A stretch of DNA of 64,000 bases from Vicinamibacterales bacterium (GCA_036012125.1 DASCOS010000002.1:108327-172326); one strand, 5' to 3'; positions 48,887 to 57,716 are shown, counted from the first letter of the stretch. Numbers and translations are program-made. Notes: a model not told the origin generated them from the sequence alone.

Positions 48887-49431
48887 GCCCGTCGGAACGC
48901 TTCCTCGCGTGCTGCTGCGTCATCAGGATCGGTTGTGGCACCCTCGATCCACACGTCACCGTCTTTGAAGAACTCTCGTTTCCAAATCGGTGCGATCTGT
49001 TTCACTCGTTCGATCGCGTATCGACTGGCCGCGAATGCATCGGCGCGATGTGGCGCCGCCACGACGATCGCCACGCTAACTTCGCCGATGGTTAGGACTC
49101 CGATACGATGGTGTAGAGCAAGTTGAGCGGTTGGCCATCGTTCGACAATTTCGTTGTCGATTCGTTTGAAAGCGCGCAGCGCTAATGGTTCGTAGGCCTC
49201 GTATTTCAACTTGACGACGCGGCGTCCAAGATTGGACTCACGCACTAGTCCGAGAAATGAGGCCACTGCACCAGTACCCTCCGAACCGTCGCTTATTGGA
49301 GCATCATGGACGCACCTGATCAGGGCATCGAGATTTAATCGCTCCGTTGTCACCGCGAGTCGAGCAAGACCCATCATGGGAAGTATAGCAGTCGGGAAAC
49401 CAAGGCCTCTTGTCCTTGATTTCGAACGCAT
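48877..49431 (-). CDS. moaE: Molybdopterin synthase catalytic subunit
   Basis: 184-aa track ORF; the start is probably Met-19 or Met-20, about 49377. GEVSVAIVVAAPHRADAF.A..Y.I...K...PIWK.E is a MoaE motif. It overlaps the moaD start by 10 nt. Confidence 0.8.
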   Translation of the reverse strand: MRSKSRTRGLGFPTAILPMMGLARLAVTTERLNLDALIRCVHDAPISDGSEGTGAVASFLGLVRESNLGRRVVKLKYEAYEPLALRAFKRIDNEIVERWPTAQLALHHRIGVLTIGEVSVAIVVAAPHRADAFAASRYAIERVKQIAPIWKREFFKDGDVWIEGATTDPDDAAAREEAFRRACV

Positions 49432-49463
49432 CTCCTAGCGGTAAACTCACCCGAGTCTCACTG

Positions 49464-50246
49464 CTAGCACTTCCAAAAGTGGCCGAGAGGTCCGTGTCCG
49501 CTTCCAAATGGTAGCCCGTGGCGAATCGCCTGCGCGACGTAGTGTTTGGCGCCCGAGATGGCGTCCGGCGTCGGGAGTCCCAGTGCCAAGTTAGCTGCCA
49601 CGGCTGCGGCAAATGTACACCCAGTGCCGTGTGTTTGACGGGAGGGGAGGCGTGGGCCACTCAACTCTAGGTACTCGTGACCGTCGTAGACAAGGTCGAC
49701 CGCATCTGCTGTTGGGATGTGTCCGCCCTTGATCACGACCGTTCCCGGTCCAAGATCGTAGATACGCCGGGCAGCTTCTCTGGCCGATCCAAGCGAGTCG
49801 ATCTCAATCTTGGCCAGCACTTCCGCTTCCATAGCGTTTGGGGTTACAACAGAAGCGTGAGGTAAGAGCATTCGGCGAACAGCGTCAATAGCTTCTTCGG
49901 CCAACAAGCGTGCACCGCTTTTAGCAACCATCACGGGGTCCACAACGATGTGGGGTGTAGGCAGCGATGGTAATAGTGTCGCAACCCTTTCCACGATTTC
50001 TGGTGTTGCCAACATGCCAGTCTTTACAGCATCCACGCCAATGTCATCAGCAACGACATTAACCTGCGCGACAATCAATTCTACTGAAAGATTCTCAACC
50101 GCTTCGACGCCGAGAGTATTCTGAGCGGTAACGGCTGTAATAGCGCACGTCCCGTATACGCCGTGTGCAGCAAAGGTCTTCAGATCGGCTTGGATACCCG
50201 CACCGCCACCCGAGTCGCTTCCCGCAATTGTCAGTGCTGTCTTCAT
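49464..50246 (-). CDS. thiD: Hydroxymethylpyrimidine/phosphomethylpyrimidine kinase
   Basis: 260 aa. Motifs [25 protein letters not shown] and the anion-hole motif HGTGCT. Confidence 0.92.
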   Translation of the reverse strand: MKTALTIAGSDSGGGAGIQADLKTFAAHGVYGTCAITAVTAQNTLGVEAVENLSVELIVAQVNVVADDIGVDAVKTGMLATPEIVERVATLLPSLPTPHIVVDPVMVAKSGARLLAEEAIDAVRRMLLPHASVVTPNAMEAEVLAKIEIDSLGSAREAARRIYDLGPGTVVIKGGHIPTADAVDLVYDGHEYLELSGPRLPSRQTHGTGCTFAAAVAANLALGLPTPDAISGAKHYVAQAIRHGLPFGSGHGPLGHFWKC

Positions 50247-50262
50247 CGGCTAAGATGTCGCT

Positions 50263-50895
50263 ATGTCAAGGATAGAGGGTTTGCGCACTCTTGGAGTCCC
50301 TTCGGCGTCTCTGCCTCTAGTATTGCACTGGACCCGTTCCAGCGAGTACGGCCAGCTGGTTAGGACGTTGGCGGTGCTATTTTTCGCTGCACTGATTGCA
50401 TCGGCGGCCCAGATAAGCATCCCATTGCCATTGACGCCAGTCCCTCTGACGCTTCAACCAACAATTGTACTGCTAAGCGCCGCTGTATTGGGTGCCCGTT
50501 TGGGTGCGACCTGTCTCGTGCTTTATCTCGCAGCCGGTGTTGTCGGTTTCCAGGTATTTACTTGGTCGCCTTGGCTACCGCTAGGTGTTGGTCGCCTCCT
50601 TGGACCGACCGGTGGGTACTTACTGGCCTATCCGATCGCGGCCTATCTAGTCGGCTGGCTCGTTCAGCGCGGAATGGATCGACGATACATTACCTCTGTT
50701 GGAGCGATGCTGGCCGGGCTCGCTGTAATCTATCTTGGCGGTTTTGCTTGGCTGCTGGTGTTTACCTCACCGGAATGGAGCACGCAGGCGGCGGCCAAAC
50801 TCGGTGTCTATCCCTTCCTACTGGCTGACGCGGTTAAACTTTGTCTTGCCGCGGCCCTACTTCCTAGTTTTAGGCGATTCACGACTGGCCGTTAG
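50263..50895 (+). CDS. bioY: Biotin transporter BioY (ECF S-component family)
   Basis: 210 aa with about six transmembrane segments. Motifs PVPLTLQ and GPTGGYLL.YP. Confidence 0.8.
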   Translation: MSRIEGLRTLGVPSASLPLVLHWTRSSEYGQLVRTLAVLFFAALIASAAQISIPLPLTPVPLTLQPTIVLLSAAVLGARLGATCLVLYLAAGVVGFQVFTWSPWLPLGVGRLLGPTGGYLLAYPIAAYLVGWLVQRGMDRRYITSVGAMLAGLAVIYLGGFAWLLVFTSPEWSTQAAAKLGVYPFLLADAVKLCLAAALLPSFRRFTTGR

Positions 50896-50922
50896 CACCA
50901 TTTTTTGCGGTTTCGATTTCTG

Positions 50923-50953
50923 GTCTTTGGTTCCTAGAATAGTAACCAAAGAC
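50923..50953. repeat. Perfect 10-bp inverted repeat with an 11-nt spacer containing TAGAAT
   Basis: GTCTTTGGTT (50923-50932), cctagaatagt, AACCAAAGAC (50944-50953). It lies 28 nt after the bioY stop and 37 nt before the fumarase ATG. No T-tract follows it. Confidence 0.6.
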
Positions 50954-50989
50954 GGAACTTGCCGTCAGTATGGCCTATTATAGTTAGGT

Positions 50990-52507
50990 ATGTTGTCGCA
51001 ATTATTCGAGAGCGTTCTCGATTTAATCGTGCAGACGTCGACCAATCTTCCACCAGACGTCCGCGCAGCCATGTCGCATACCGTGGGTTCTGAATCTTCT
51101 GGCAGCCGGTCTTCTCAAGCGCTCGACATCATTTCACTGAACATCGATCAGGCCTCCGACTGTGAGGGGGCGATCTGTCAAGACACCGGGATGCCAACGT
51201 TCGAAATTCAAACGCCTGTCGACGTCAATCAGATTGTAATGCACCGGGAGATCCATCGGGCCGTTGTGGAAGCGACTGAGCAGGGCAAGCTTCGACCGAA
51301 TTCAGTCGACTCAATCACGGGCAAGAATTCTGGTGACAACCTCGGACCTGGGACGCCGATCATCCACTTTAATCAATGGGAGCGCGACGAGATTGAGATC
51401 CGATTGTTACTGAAGGGTGGCGGTTGTGAGAACATGAACGCCCAGTATGCCTTGCCGGCCGAGCTGACGCACTTGGGTCGTGCCGATCGGACACTCGAGG
51501 GCGTCCGAAAGTGTATTCTACATGCCGTATGGCAGGCTCAAGGTAGGGGCTGTAGTCCTGGTGCAGTCGGAGTGTGTGTTGGCGGCGACCGAACGTCGGG
51601 CTACTCCCATGCTAAGGCTCAGCTCTTTAGATTGCTGGACGACGTTAATCCCGACTCTCGTCTGGCGGACCTCGAGCGTTCTGTGATGGCTACGGTTAAT
51701 GGGCTCGGTGTGGGCACGATGGGGTTTGGGGGTGACGTGTCGCTTATTGGGTGCAAGATTGCTGCACTCAATCGGCTTCCCGCGAGTTTCTTTGTATCCG
51801 TTGCGTATGATTGTTGGGCCTTCCGTCGGCTAGGAGTCGTGCTTGATAAGGAATCTGGAGCGATCCGCCGCTGGCTTTATCGTGACCCTACGATGCCAGT
51901 AATGCGAATGACCGCGGTTACCGACACCGGGTTCTCGAAAACTGGGCAGGAAGTAGTGCTAATGGCGCCGATTGATGAAGCTACGATCAGGAAACTTCGC
52001 GTTGGCGATGTTGTGTTGGTTTCTGGCCGTGTCTATACGGGGCGTGATGCTGTTCACACGTATCTAATGGAGCACAAGTCTCCGGTCGATCTCCGGGGTG
52101 GCGTTCTTTATCACTGCGGCCCCGTCGTTGTACGCGAAGGTGAAGGGTGGCGTATTACAGCCGCGGGACCAACGACCAGTATCCGTGAGGAGCCATACCA
52201 GGGAGAGGTTTTGAAGCGCCATGGAATTCGGGTGGTGATTGGAAAAGGGGGCATGGGAGCTGAGACACTTGCAGCACTTCAAGAGACTGGCGCGGTCTAT
52301 CTAAATGCCATTGGTGGCGCTGCCCAGTTCTACGCACGCGCGATTGAGCGGGTCGACGGTGTATCCCTTCTGGACTTCGGTACCCCCGAAGCGATGTGGC
52401 ATCTGCAGGTGCACGACTTTCCAGCCATCGTGACGATGGATGCGCATGGTGCTAGTCTTCACCGTGAAGTTGAAAAAGACTCCGGTGAACGACTGGCAAC
52501 TATGTGA
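50990..52507 (+). CDS. Class I (Fe-S) fumarate hydratase, with fused alpha and beta domains
   Basis: 505 aa. The N-terminal Fe-S hydrolyase domain carries ICQDTGMP, LLKGGGCEN and GVCVGGD. The C-terminal beta-type domain carries G.VYTGRDA.H and GPTTS.R. Confidence 0.85.
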   Translation: MLSQLFESVLDLIVQTSTNLPPDVRAAMSHTVGSESSGSRSSQALDIISLNIDQASDCEGAICQDTGMPTFEIQTPVDVNQIVMHREIHRAVVEATEQGKLRPNSVDSITGKNSGDNLGPGTPIIHFNQWERDEIEIRLLLKGGGCENMNAQYALPAELTHLGRADRTLEGVRKCILHAVWQAQGRGCSPGAVGVCVGGDRTSGYSHAKAQLFRLLDDVNPDSRLADLERSVMATVNGLGVGTMGFGGDVSLIGCKIAALNRLPASFFVSVAYDCWAFRRLGVVLDKESGAIRRWLYRDPTMPVMRMTAVTDTGFSKTGQEVVLMAPIDEATIRKLRVGDVVLVSGRVYTGRDAVHTYLMEHKSPVDLRGGVLYHCGPVVVREGEGWRITAAGPTTSIREEPYQGEVLKRHGIRVVIGKGGMGAETLAALQETGAVYLNAIGGAAQFYARAIERVDGVSLLDFGTPEAMWHLQVHDFPAIVTMDAHGASLHREVEKDSGERLATM

Positions 52508-52521
52508 CTACGTCTCTCTCT

Positions 52522-53475
52522 TTAGTTCGTTATAGGACCGCCGGCACAACCAGCATCATTTGATTCCCCTAGAGGTGCTTCAGGAAGCGGCGGACGTACG
52601 AGATTTCGTTCCATGGCTCGTACATCGCCAGCCGTCGTCGCGAGATCCTCAATTGGTAGAAGGATGGACGGAATCGCCTCGTTCACTTCGATAACCTTTA
52701 GGTAACCGCAGCACACCTCACAGAATAAAAGCTGTAGTGAAGGTTGACCTGGTGTTGGCGGTTCATGCTGAATCTCTGGTGACAAGCAGTATGGGCATGC
52801 GGGTTCTTGGAGCTTCCATCCGGCACCGCAGAAGGAACACCTCAGAGTGACATCGCACTCCCGGCATTCGCCGAGGGCAGGCCAGGAGCCACATATGAGG
52901 CATGTTCCATGGCCCCAAGCATTAATAGCCTTACGGACCTTAGGTTCGATGCCGTCATTGGTAAGGATTGCTCTCTGGAACTCATGAGCAATGGGTCCAA
53001 CAGTCAGTTCGGCAACTAACCACAGAAGATCCGGCGCTAAGCCAGGGTGGATGGCACCCGTTCGGATATCGTTTTGGCGGCGAGTTAGTGATGCGTTCAG
53101 GAGCGAGGTTGTGCTGAGCCGCTGTTCTTGAATCGCGTGGTCGACATGTCGGGCCGCGTCGCCTGCGCCGCCGATCGCCAGAATGTTACATAGGTCGCAT
53201 AACCCGGGTTCGAGGATTTCTGTTGGTAGATCAACACGGTGTTCATGTAGTAGGGCACGCGACATGCTAAGCGTAGTTACTATCACTGTCGTTTCAATGT
53301 CAGGTGGTGTCCAATTTGATTGCTCGAGTGCTTCGGTTAACCCAGCAATTCGTCGGACGAGAGATCGCTGAAGTGTGACAGCTGCTGCTAACTCAGGGGT
53401 GTCAGCCTCGATCTGGCACCATCGTGCTTCGGCGCGTTGCAGTGAGTCTTCTAAGTTGAAATCCTTACGGGTCAT
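52522..53475 (-). CDS. fdhE: FdhE-like protein (formate dehydrogenase accessory / rubredoxin-like Cys clusters)
   Basis: 317 aa. Cys motifs CLICGSWP, LRCSFCGAGW, ACPYC and FCEVCCGYLKV fall in the order and spacing of FdhE. No formate dehydrogenase genes are in the window. Confidence 0.65.
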   Translation of the reverse strand: MTRKDFNLEDSLQRAEARWCQIEADTPELAAAVTLQRSLVRRIAGLTEALEQSNWTPPDIETTVIVTTLSMSRALLHEHRVDLPTEILEPGLCDLCNILAIGGAGDAARHVDHAIQEQRLSTTSLLNASLTRRQNDIRTGAIHPGLAPDLLWLVAELTVGPIAHEFQRAILTNDGIEPKVRKAINAWGHGTCLICGSWPALGECRECDVTLRCSFCGAGWKLQEPACPYCLSPEIQHEPPTPGQPSLQLLFCEVCCGYLKVIEVNEAIPSILLPIEDLATTAGDVRAMERNLVRPPLPEAPLGESNDAGCAGGPITN

Positions 53476-53602
53476 CTGAGTAAGTATGTCGTAGTCGCAC
53501 GCGTGACATCTTATCGTGGTCTCGGAGTATGACGCGTCGATCTAATTACTGACAGGTTCTTGTCGGTCGAGGATTAAACGGTTCTGTGTATCCTAGCGGA
53601 GC

Positions 53603-53632
53603 TTGCCGGGCTTTCTCTTATAAAGCTATAAT
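53603..53632 (+). promoter_or_regulatory. Candidate sigma70-type promoter for erpA
   Basis: TTGCCG (53603-53608), an 18-nt spacer, then consensus TATAAT (53627-53632), 30 nt upstream of the ATG. GGGAG SD. Confidence 0.35.
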
Positions 53633-53661
53633 CAACTCTGGTCAAGGGAGACTTCGCGCAT

Positions 53662-54000
53662 ATGAGTGGACTTATTAACGTGACTCCGACTGCGGCTACC
53701 AAGATTCAGGCGCTTCTTAGCGAGGAAGACAAGCAGCTGGCAGGACTTCGTGTTTTCGTGCAGGGTGGTGGATGCTCAGGGTTTCAGTACGGCTTGATGA
53801 TTGAGGAGGGCGAGGGCGACGCGGAATCCGATCGCGTGTTCGAGTCAAATGGGGTCAAGCTGTTCGTTGATCCGATCAGTATCCGATACCTCACAGGTGC
53901 CGAAGTAGACTTCGTCGATAATCTAACAGGCGGTGGATTCACCATTAAGAATCCGAACGCCAAGTCCACCTGTGGTTGTGGTTCGTCGTTCGGTGTTTAA
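53662..54000 (+). CDS. erpA: A-type iron-sulfur cluster carrier (ErpA/IscA/HesB family)
   Basis: 112 aa. Motifs GLRVFVQGGGCSGFQY, and at the C-terminus NPNAKSTCGCGSSF. Confidence 0.9.
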   Translation: MSGLINVTPTAATKIQALLSEEDKQLAGLRVFVQGGGCSGFQYGLMIEEGEGDAESDRVFESNGVKLFVDPISIRYLTGAEVDFVDNLTGGGFTIKNPNAKSTCGCGSSFGV

Positions 54001-54084
54001 GTTTCAGCTGTCGATTAGTTTCGGACCACGCGTCTGTTAGTCCGGCTACGGCCGTGGTTGTACTGAGAAAGTCATTGTGATTCC

Positions 54085-55074
54085 GTGACGATGGAACAGC
54101 CGGCTGCCTACGTAGACCGTCTCCGCCCTGCTGGTGGGAAGCGTTCGGGTAAGCGCGATCTGATCGTCGATGTGTTCCTCCGTCAGGAGGGTCACCTAAG
54201 CGCTGATGACCTGGCCAGTCTCGTTAAGAAGGAAGACAATAAAATTGGTCGGGCCACCGTGTACCGGGCGCTCCAGTGGATGGTGGCTGCTGGGATCGCA
54301 CGCAAGGTCGATTTCGGCGAAGGCCATTTTCGATTCGAGCACTCGTATCGACATCCGCGACACTTCCACTTGCTATGCAAGGCTTGTGGGCGCTCATCTG
54401 AGTTCCTCAGTTCAGATATTGAGTTATTGATTGAAGAAATCGCTTCAGTCCAGCGGTTCACAACCAGTCAAAACGTGTTGCAGGTGTACGGTACGTGCGA
54501 CGCGTGCAAGACAGGGAGTAAATCTGTAGACAATGTCGCGACAACGGAGTTGCTATTCGCGCGTGACGCCCTTCGTATTGCTATTGCGACTGAGCGGAGT
54601 GGACTGGCGTTCTATTTGAAGGCTTCGAGCATTACCAATGACAGGAACGGGCGCAAGGTGTTTCAAAAATTGGCCGAGGAAGAGCGCGAGCACCTGGAAT
54701 GCCTAGAGAAACGATATAAGGAGATACTCGCCCAAGATCCGCAGTTAGAGGTTCGACCTACGTTCTTGTTCTTTAAGGGAGCAGCGGATGGTCTGTTCAC
54801 GGTAGGCACCGAAGAGCTACTAAAAGGTGTCGATGCGAAACAAGCGTTCATGATTGGTATTAAGTGTGAGCGTGGATCACACCGCTTCTTTAAGCGGTAC
54901 GGTGAGCGTTTCGAAGACTCTGAAGGTAAACAGATTTTCTTGGATTTTGCCGACGACGAACGTGAGCATCTTGAGTTGCTGATTCGTGAATCCCGCGCCT
55001 TATTTAAGCGATCACCACGAAAACGGCCAAATGCTAAGCGCTCCTCCCGTTCAACCCGCCGTGCGAGTGCTTAA
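54085..55074 (+). CDS. Fusion protein: Fur-family metalloregulator domain, rubrerythrin/ferritin-like di-iron domain, and a basic tail
   Basis: 329 aa. Residues 1 to about 150 carry a winged helix (RATVYRALQWMVAAGIARKV) and the Fur metal and structural sites (HPRHFHLLCKACG...TCDAC). Residues from about 165 to 300 carry two half-sites, each with an upstream Glu and an EREH motif (ATERSG...EEEREHLECL; CERGSH...DDEREHLELL). I saw no stop or frame change between the halves. Confidence 0.7.
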   Translation: MTMEQPAAYVDRLRPAGGKRSGKRDLIVDVFLRQEGHLSADDLASLVKKEDNKIGRATVYRALQWMVAAGIARKVDFGEGHFRFEHSYRHPRHFHLLCKACGRSSEFLSSDIELLIEEIASVQRFTTSQNVLQVYGTCDACKTGSKSVDNVATTELLFARDALRIAIATERSGLAFYLKASSITNDRNGRKVFQKLAEEEREHLECLEKRYKEILAQDPQLEVRPTFLFFKGAADGLFTVGTEELLKGVDAKQAFMIGIKCERGSHRFFKRYGERFEDSEGKQIFLDFADDEREHLELLIRESRALFKRSPRKRPNAKRSSRSTRRASA

Positions 55075-55125
55075 TACTGGTAACATCGGCCTGAGAAGTC
55101 TACCTCGAGTCCGGAATCGAGAGTC

Positions 55126-55986
55126 GTGATCGACCTTCACCTACACACCACAGCGTCTGACGGTGCTTACTCGCCCGAAGAGTTGTTGTTACTGGCGTCG
55201 TCTGTTGGTGTACGGACTCTTAGTATTACGGACCACGATACGATGGCTGCCGTTCCGAAGGCATCAGCACTTGCGGACTCCTTCGGAGTGGAGTTGCTAG
55301 CAGGCATCGAAATTACGGCAGTGTGCGACGGCCATGATATTCACATTCTGGGCTACTTTCTGACGGTTCGTCCCACGGGACTTGACACCTTTCTTGCTGC
55401 CCAACGGCGGCACCGAACTGACCGTTTACGGGAGATGGCCAATCGACTGACAGTTTTAGGCGTTGGTGTGGACATCGATCGATTGCTGGCCGAACGTGCC
55501 GCTGCCGGTCGATCGCCGGGGCGTCCGCATTTGGCTGAAGCCTTGGTAGCTGCGAGGCACGCCACATCTGTTCAGGAGGCCTTTGAACGTTGGCTTGGTG
55601 ATGGTCGCGCTGCGTGGGTGCCACGGCACGGACCTTCACCTGAGCAGGTGATAGAGACTATTTCGCGGGCTGGTGGTGTCGCTTCACTGGCCCATCCTGG
55701 CCTAACTGGTAATCGTCGGCTGGTGAGCCGCTTAGCTGAGGTGGGGCTGGAAGCTGTGGAGGTGTACCATGGTCAACACGATCTGGTAACCAAGAAGCGA
55801 CTTCTCAAACAAGCACGTAGCTTGGGGTTGGCAGTCACTGGAGGGTCGGATTTTCATAGTGATGCTGATCATCGCTCTAGTCATTTGGGACGGGTCGGTC
55901 TTCCAGTGATGGAGCTTCAGGGTTTGCGCGATCGGTTGACGCGTGCCGATCGCCGTATCGAGACCGACCAAAGCGATTCTGAGTAG
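55126..55986 (+). CDS. PHP-domain metal-dependent phosphoesterase (TrpH/YciV-like)
   Basis: 286 aa. Motifs IDLHLHTTASDG, ITDHDT, GIE, HP and GGSDFH are the PHP metal ligands, in order. Confidence 0.85.
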   Translation: MIDLHLHTTASDGAYSPEELLLLASSVGVRTLSITDHDTMAAVPKASALADSFGVELLAGIEITAVCDGHDIHILGYFLTVRPTGLDTFLAAQRRHRTDRLREMANRLTVLGVGVDIDRLLAERAAAGRSPGRPHLAEALVAARHATSVQEAFERWLGDGRAAWVPRHGPSPEQVIETISRAGGVASLAHPGLTGNRRLVSRLAEVGLEAVEVYHGQHDLVTKKRLLKQARSLGLAVTGGSDFHSDADHRSSHLGRVGLPVMELQGLRDRLTRADRRIETDQSDSE

Positions 55987-56008
55987 CGGCGACTTTAAGA
56001 ATAAACGA

Positions 56009-56482
56009 ATGCCATCAGCGCTCCTAACGGCTACCACGCTCTCTGTTCTTGGCTTGGCTGCGAGTGTTGTCTTGGGTCAGTTTGCGGCAACCTCACAAGA
56101 GGTGATCCAGCACGTGTCGCTAGCCGTATTTGTAACAATGATGACACTGCTCTCTCATTCGATGCTCATGTTTTATTTAATCGGGAAGGGCAAGGCGGTT
56201 CGAGAAGCAGTCACAGAGGCGAGTTTGTCAGCAGACTTCGTCGTCGAAATCTCGCGTGCACGCAAACCGGTTTTCTCAGTTGGCATGCCTGCAATACTTC
56301 TGACAATCGTAGCCGCGGTAATAGGGGCCGGTGTTGATACTGGGGCCATACCCAGTTGGTTTCATGGGCTGTTCGGATACTGCGCCGTATTGAGTAACGT
56401 CATGTTGCTCCGTGCCGAATATATTGCGTTGGCCGCAAGTACACGCACTGTTGCCAAGGTGAATCGCCTATTAAGTGTCTGA
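56009..56482 (+). CDS. Hypothetical integral membrane protein (about 4 TM)
   Basis: The track ORF starts at 55943 inside the PHP gene. ATG 56009 gives a 157-aa hydrophobic protein. I recognise no family. Confidence 0.45.
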   Translation: MPSALLTATTLSVLGLAASVVLGQFAATSQEVIQHVSLAVFVTMMTLLSHSMLMFYLIGKGKAVREAVTEASLSADFVVEISRARKPVFSVGMPAILLTIVAAVIGAGVDTGAIPSWFHGLFGYCAVLSNVMLLRAEYIALAASTRTVAKVNRLLSV

Positions 56483-56628
56483 AGTTCTAGGACCGCTCTA
56501 ATCCTGGCGATCTGTATCGCCGATGTCGGCCAGTAACAACGCGGACGTCGAAGACGCCCGCGCTCTTTTTCACGATAGAAGGTCAACCGAGTTGGGGTGG
56601 CCGCCGACTCGGTGCGTTCAACCTGAAG

Positions 56629-57147
56629 TTACTCGACTGTGAAAGAGACCATAGCGTTCAAGCCTTCAATCGTCCGATGCTCCCCATCGCCGATTTGTAG
56701 GCAAACACGATGAGGGCCGGGTTCAAATTGCATGTCAATCATGAATGAACCAGTGCCAAAATGTACCCACGGATCCGCCTGTGGAATCACCTCGCCAGCT
56801 GGGAGACAGTCGGTGTCAATACCAATGTGGTGGTGTCCAAAACCCTGGCGGATTGTAGGTGGATCGGTCACCGGCTCAATCACGAAGTTTTCAGCCCCAA
56901 ACATCAAATGCACAGGGCTGCTAACCGTGGCACCCTCTTCCGGGGCAAGGAAGGAGACGCGCGGTGACGTATCCATCGGTGATTCTTCGACTGCCGGTTC
57001 TTCGACAACGGTGTCAGGCTCCTGGGCCGTCTCCTCGCCGCCGCCGCATGCGGTCGTGGTGATCGCTCCACCTGCTATCAACATAACTAGAACGAAACGG
57101 GTCGAACTGCATAACACTTCTGTGTACTCATTACGATGCATTGCCAC
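56629..57147 (-). CDS. DUF4399-like secreted lipoprotein
   Basis: 172 aa. Lipobox-like TTACGG. Motifs V.F..P..GATV.SPV.L.F......I.P...........GHHHI..D and P.G.H...LQ.GDG.H match my recollection of DUF4399. Confidence 0.6.
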   Translation of the reverse strand: MAMHRNEYTEVLCSSTRFVLVMLIAGGAITTTACGGGEETAQEPDTVVEEPAVEESPMDTSPRVSFLAPEEGATVSSPVHLMFGAENFVIEPVTDPPTIRQGFGHHHIGIDTDCLPAGEVIPQADPWVHFGTGSFMIDMQFEPGPHRVCLQIGDGEHRTIEGLNAMVSFTVE

Positions 57148-57303
57148 TCTCCTCGGCGATCAAACCACACCATGGCGCCTATGTTCGAAAGGAGCCGTCC
57201 ACGCGATGCCCACCTCAGTGCCGCTTCAGCCTTATAAAAAGAGATGTGGGTCAGGATTAACAGGGGACCACTATATAGCAAGGCCATATTGAACCGGTTG
57301 AAA

Positions 57304-57399
57304 TGGCGGAAGCGCCTGGGAGTCGAACCCAGCCCCCCTGCTGAGCAGGGAGCGACCGATTTTGAAGACCGGGAGGGCCACCGGGCCCCGTTCGCTTCC
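57304..57399 (-). tRNA. selC: tRNA-Sec (anticodon UCA)
   Basis: The 96-nt minus-strand sequence is GGAAGCGAACGGGGCCCGGTGGCCCTCCCGGTCTTCAAAATCGGTCGCTCCCTGCTCAGCAGGGGGGCTGGGTTCGACTCCCAGGCGCTTCCGCCA. It has a long acceptor stem (GGAAGCG/CGCTTCC), a 6-bp D stem (GGGGCC/GGCCCT) with the 4-nt loop CGGT, the anticodon loop CTTCAAA, a long variable arm (CCCTGC-TCA-GCAGGG), a T arm (CTGGG-TTCGACT-CCCAG), and an encoded CCA. Overall it resembles E. coli selC. Confidence 0.9.
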
Positions 57400-57509
57400 A
57401 GGGACGCCCAGGCGGGTTACGCCCGGTGTATTCGGATAGAGGCCACACTCAAAACACTCGGAGCGGGGGGAGCGAAGCGCACTGGCTCGTGCGGGAACGG
57501 GAATTCTGA

Positions 57510-57716
57510 CTAGCTCTCGATGAGTTGGACCTCGCCAGCGCGGGGACCCTTGGCAGATTCTTCTACAACGAACTCCACACGTTGGCCCTCACGGAGCAAT
57601 TCGAACACAGCACCTCGCACCGCACTACGGTGGAAGAAGTGTTCGATTCCACCCTCATCGCGGATGAAACCAAAGCCTTTGTCAATGAGGAGTCTCGCAA
57701 TCGTGCCGCTTGACAT
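57510..57716 (-). CDS. cspA: Cold-shock domain protein (CspA family)
   Basis: The track ORF extends to 57800, but ATG 57716 has GGAGG 9 nt upstream. The product is MSSGTIARLLIDKGFGFIRDEGGIEHFFHRSAV, with RNP1-like KGFGFI and RNP2-like FFH. Confidence 0.9.
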   Translation of the reverse strand: MSSGTIARLLIDKGFGFIRDEGGIEHFFHRSAVRGAVFELLREGQRVEFVVEESAKGPRAGEVQLIES

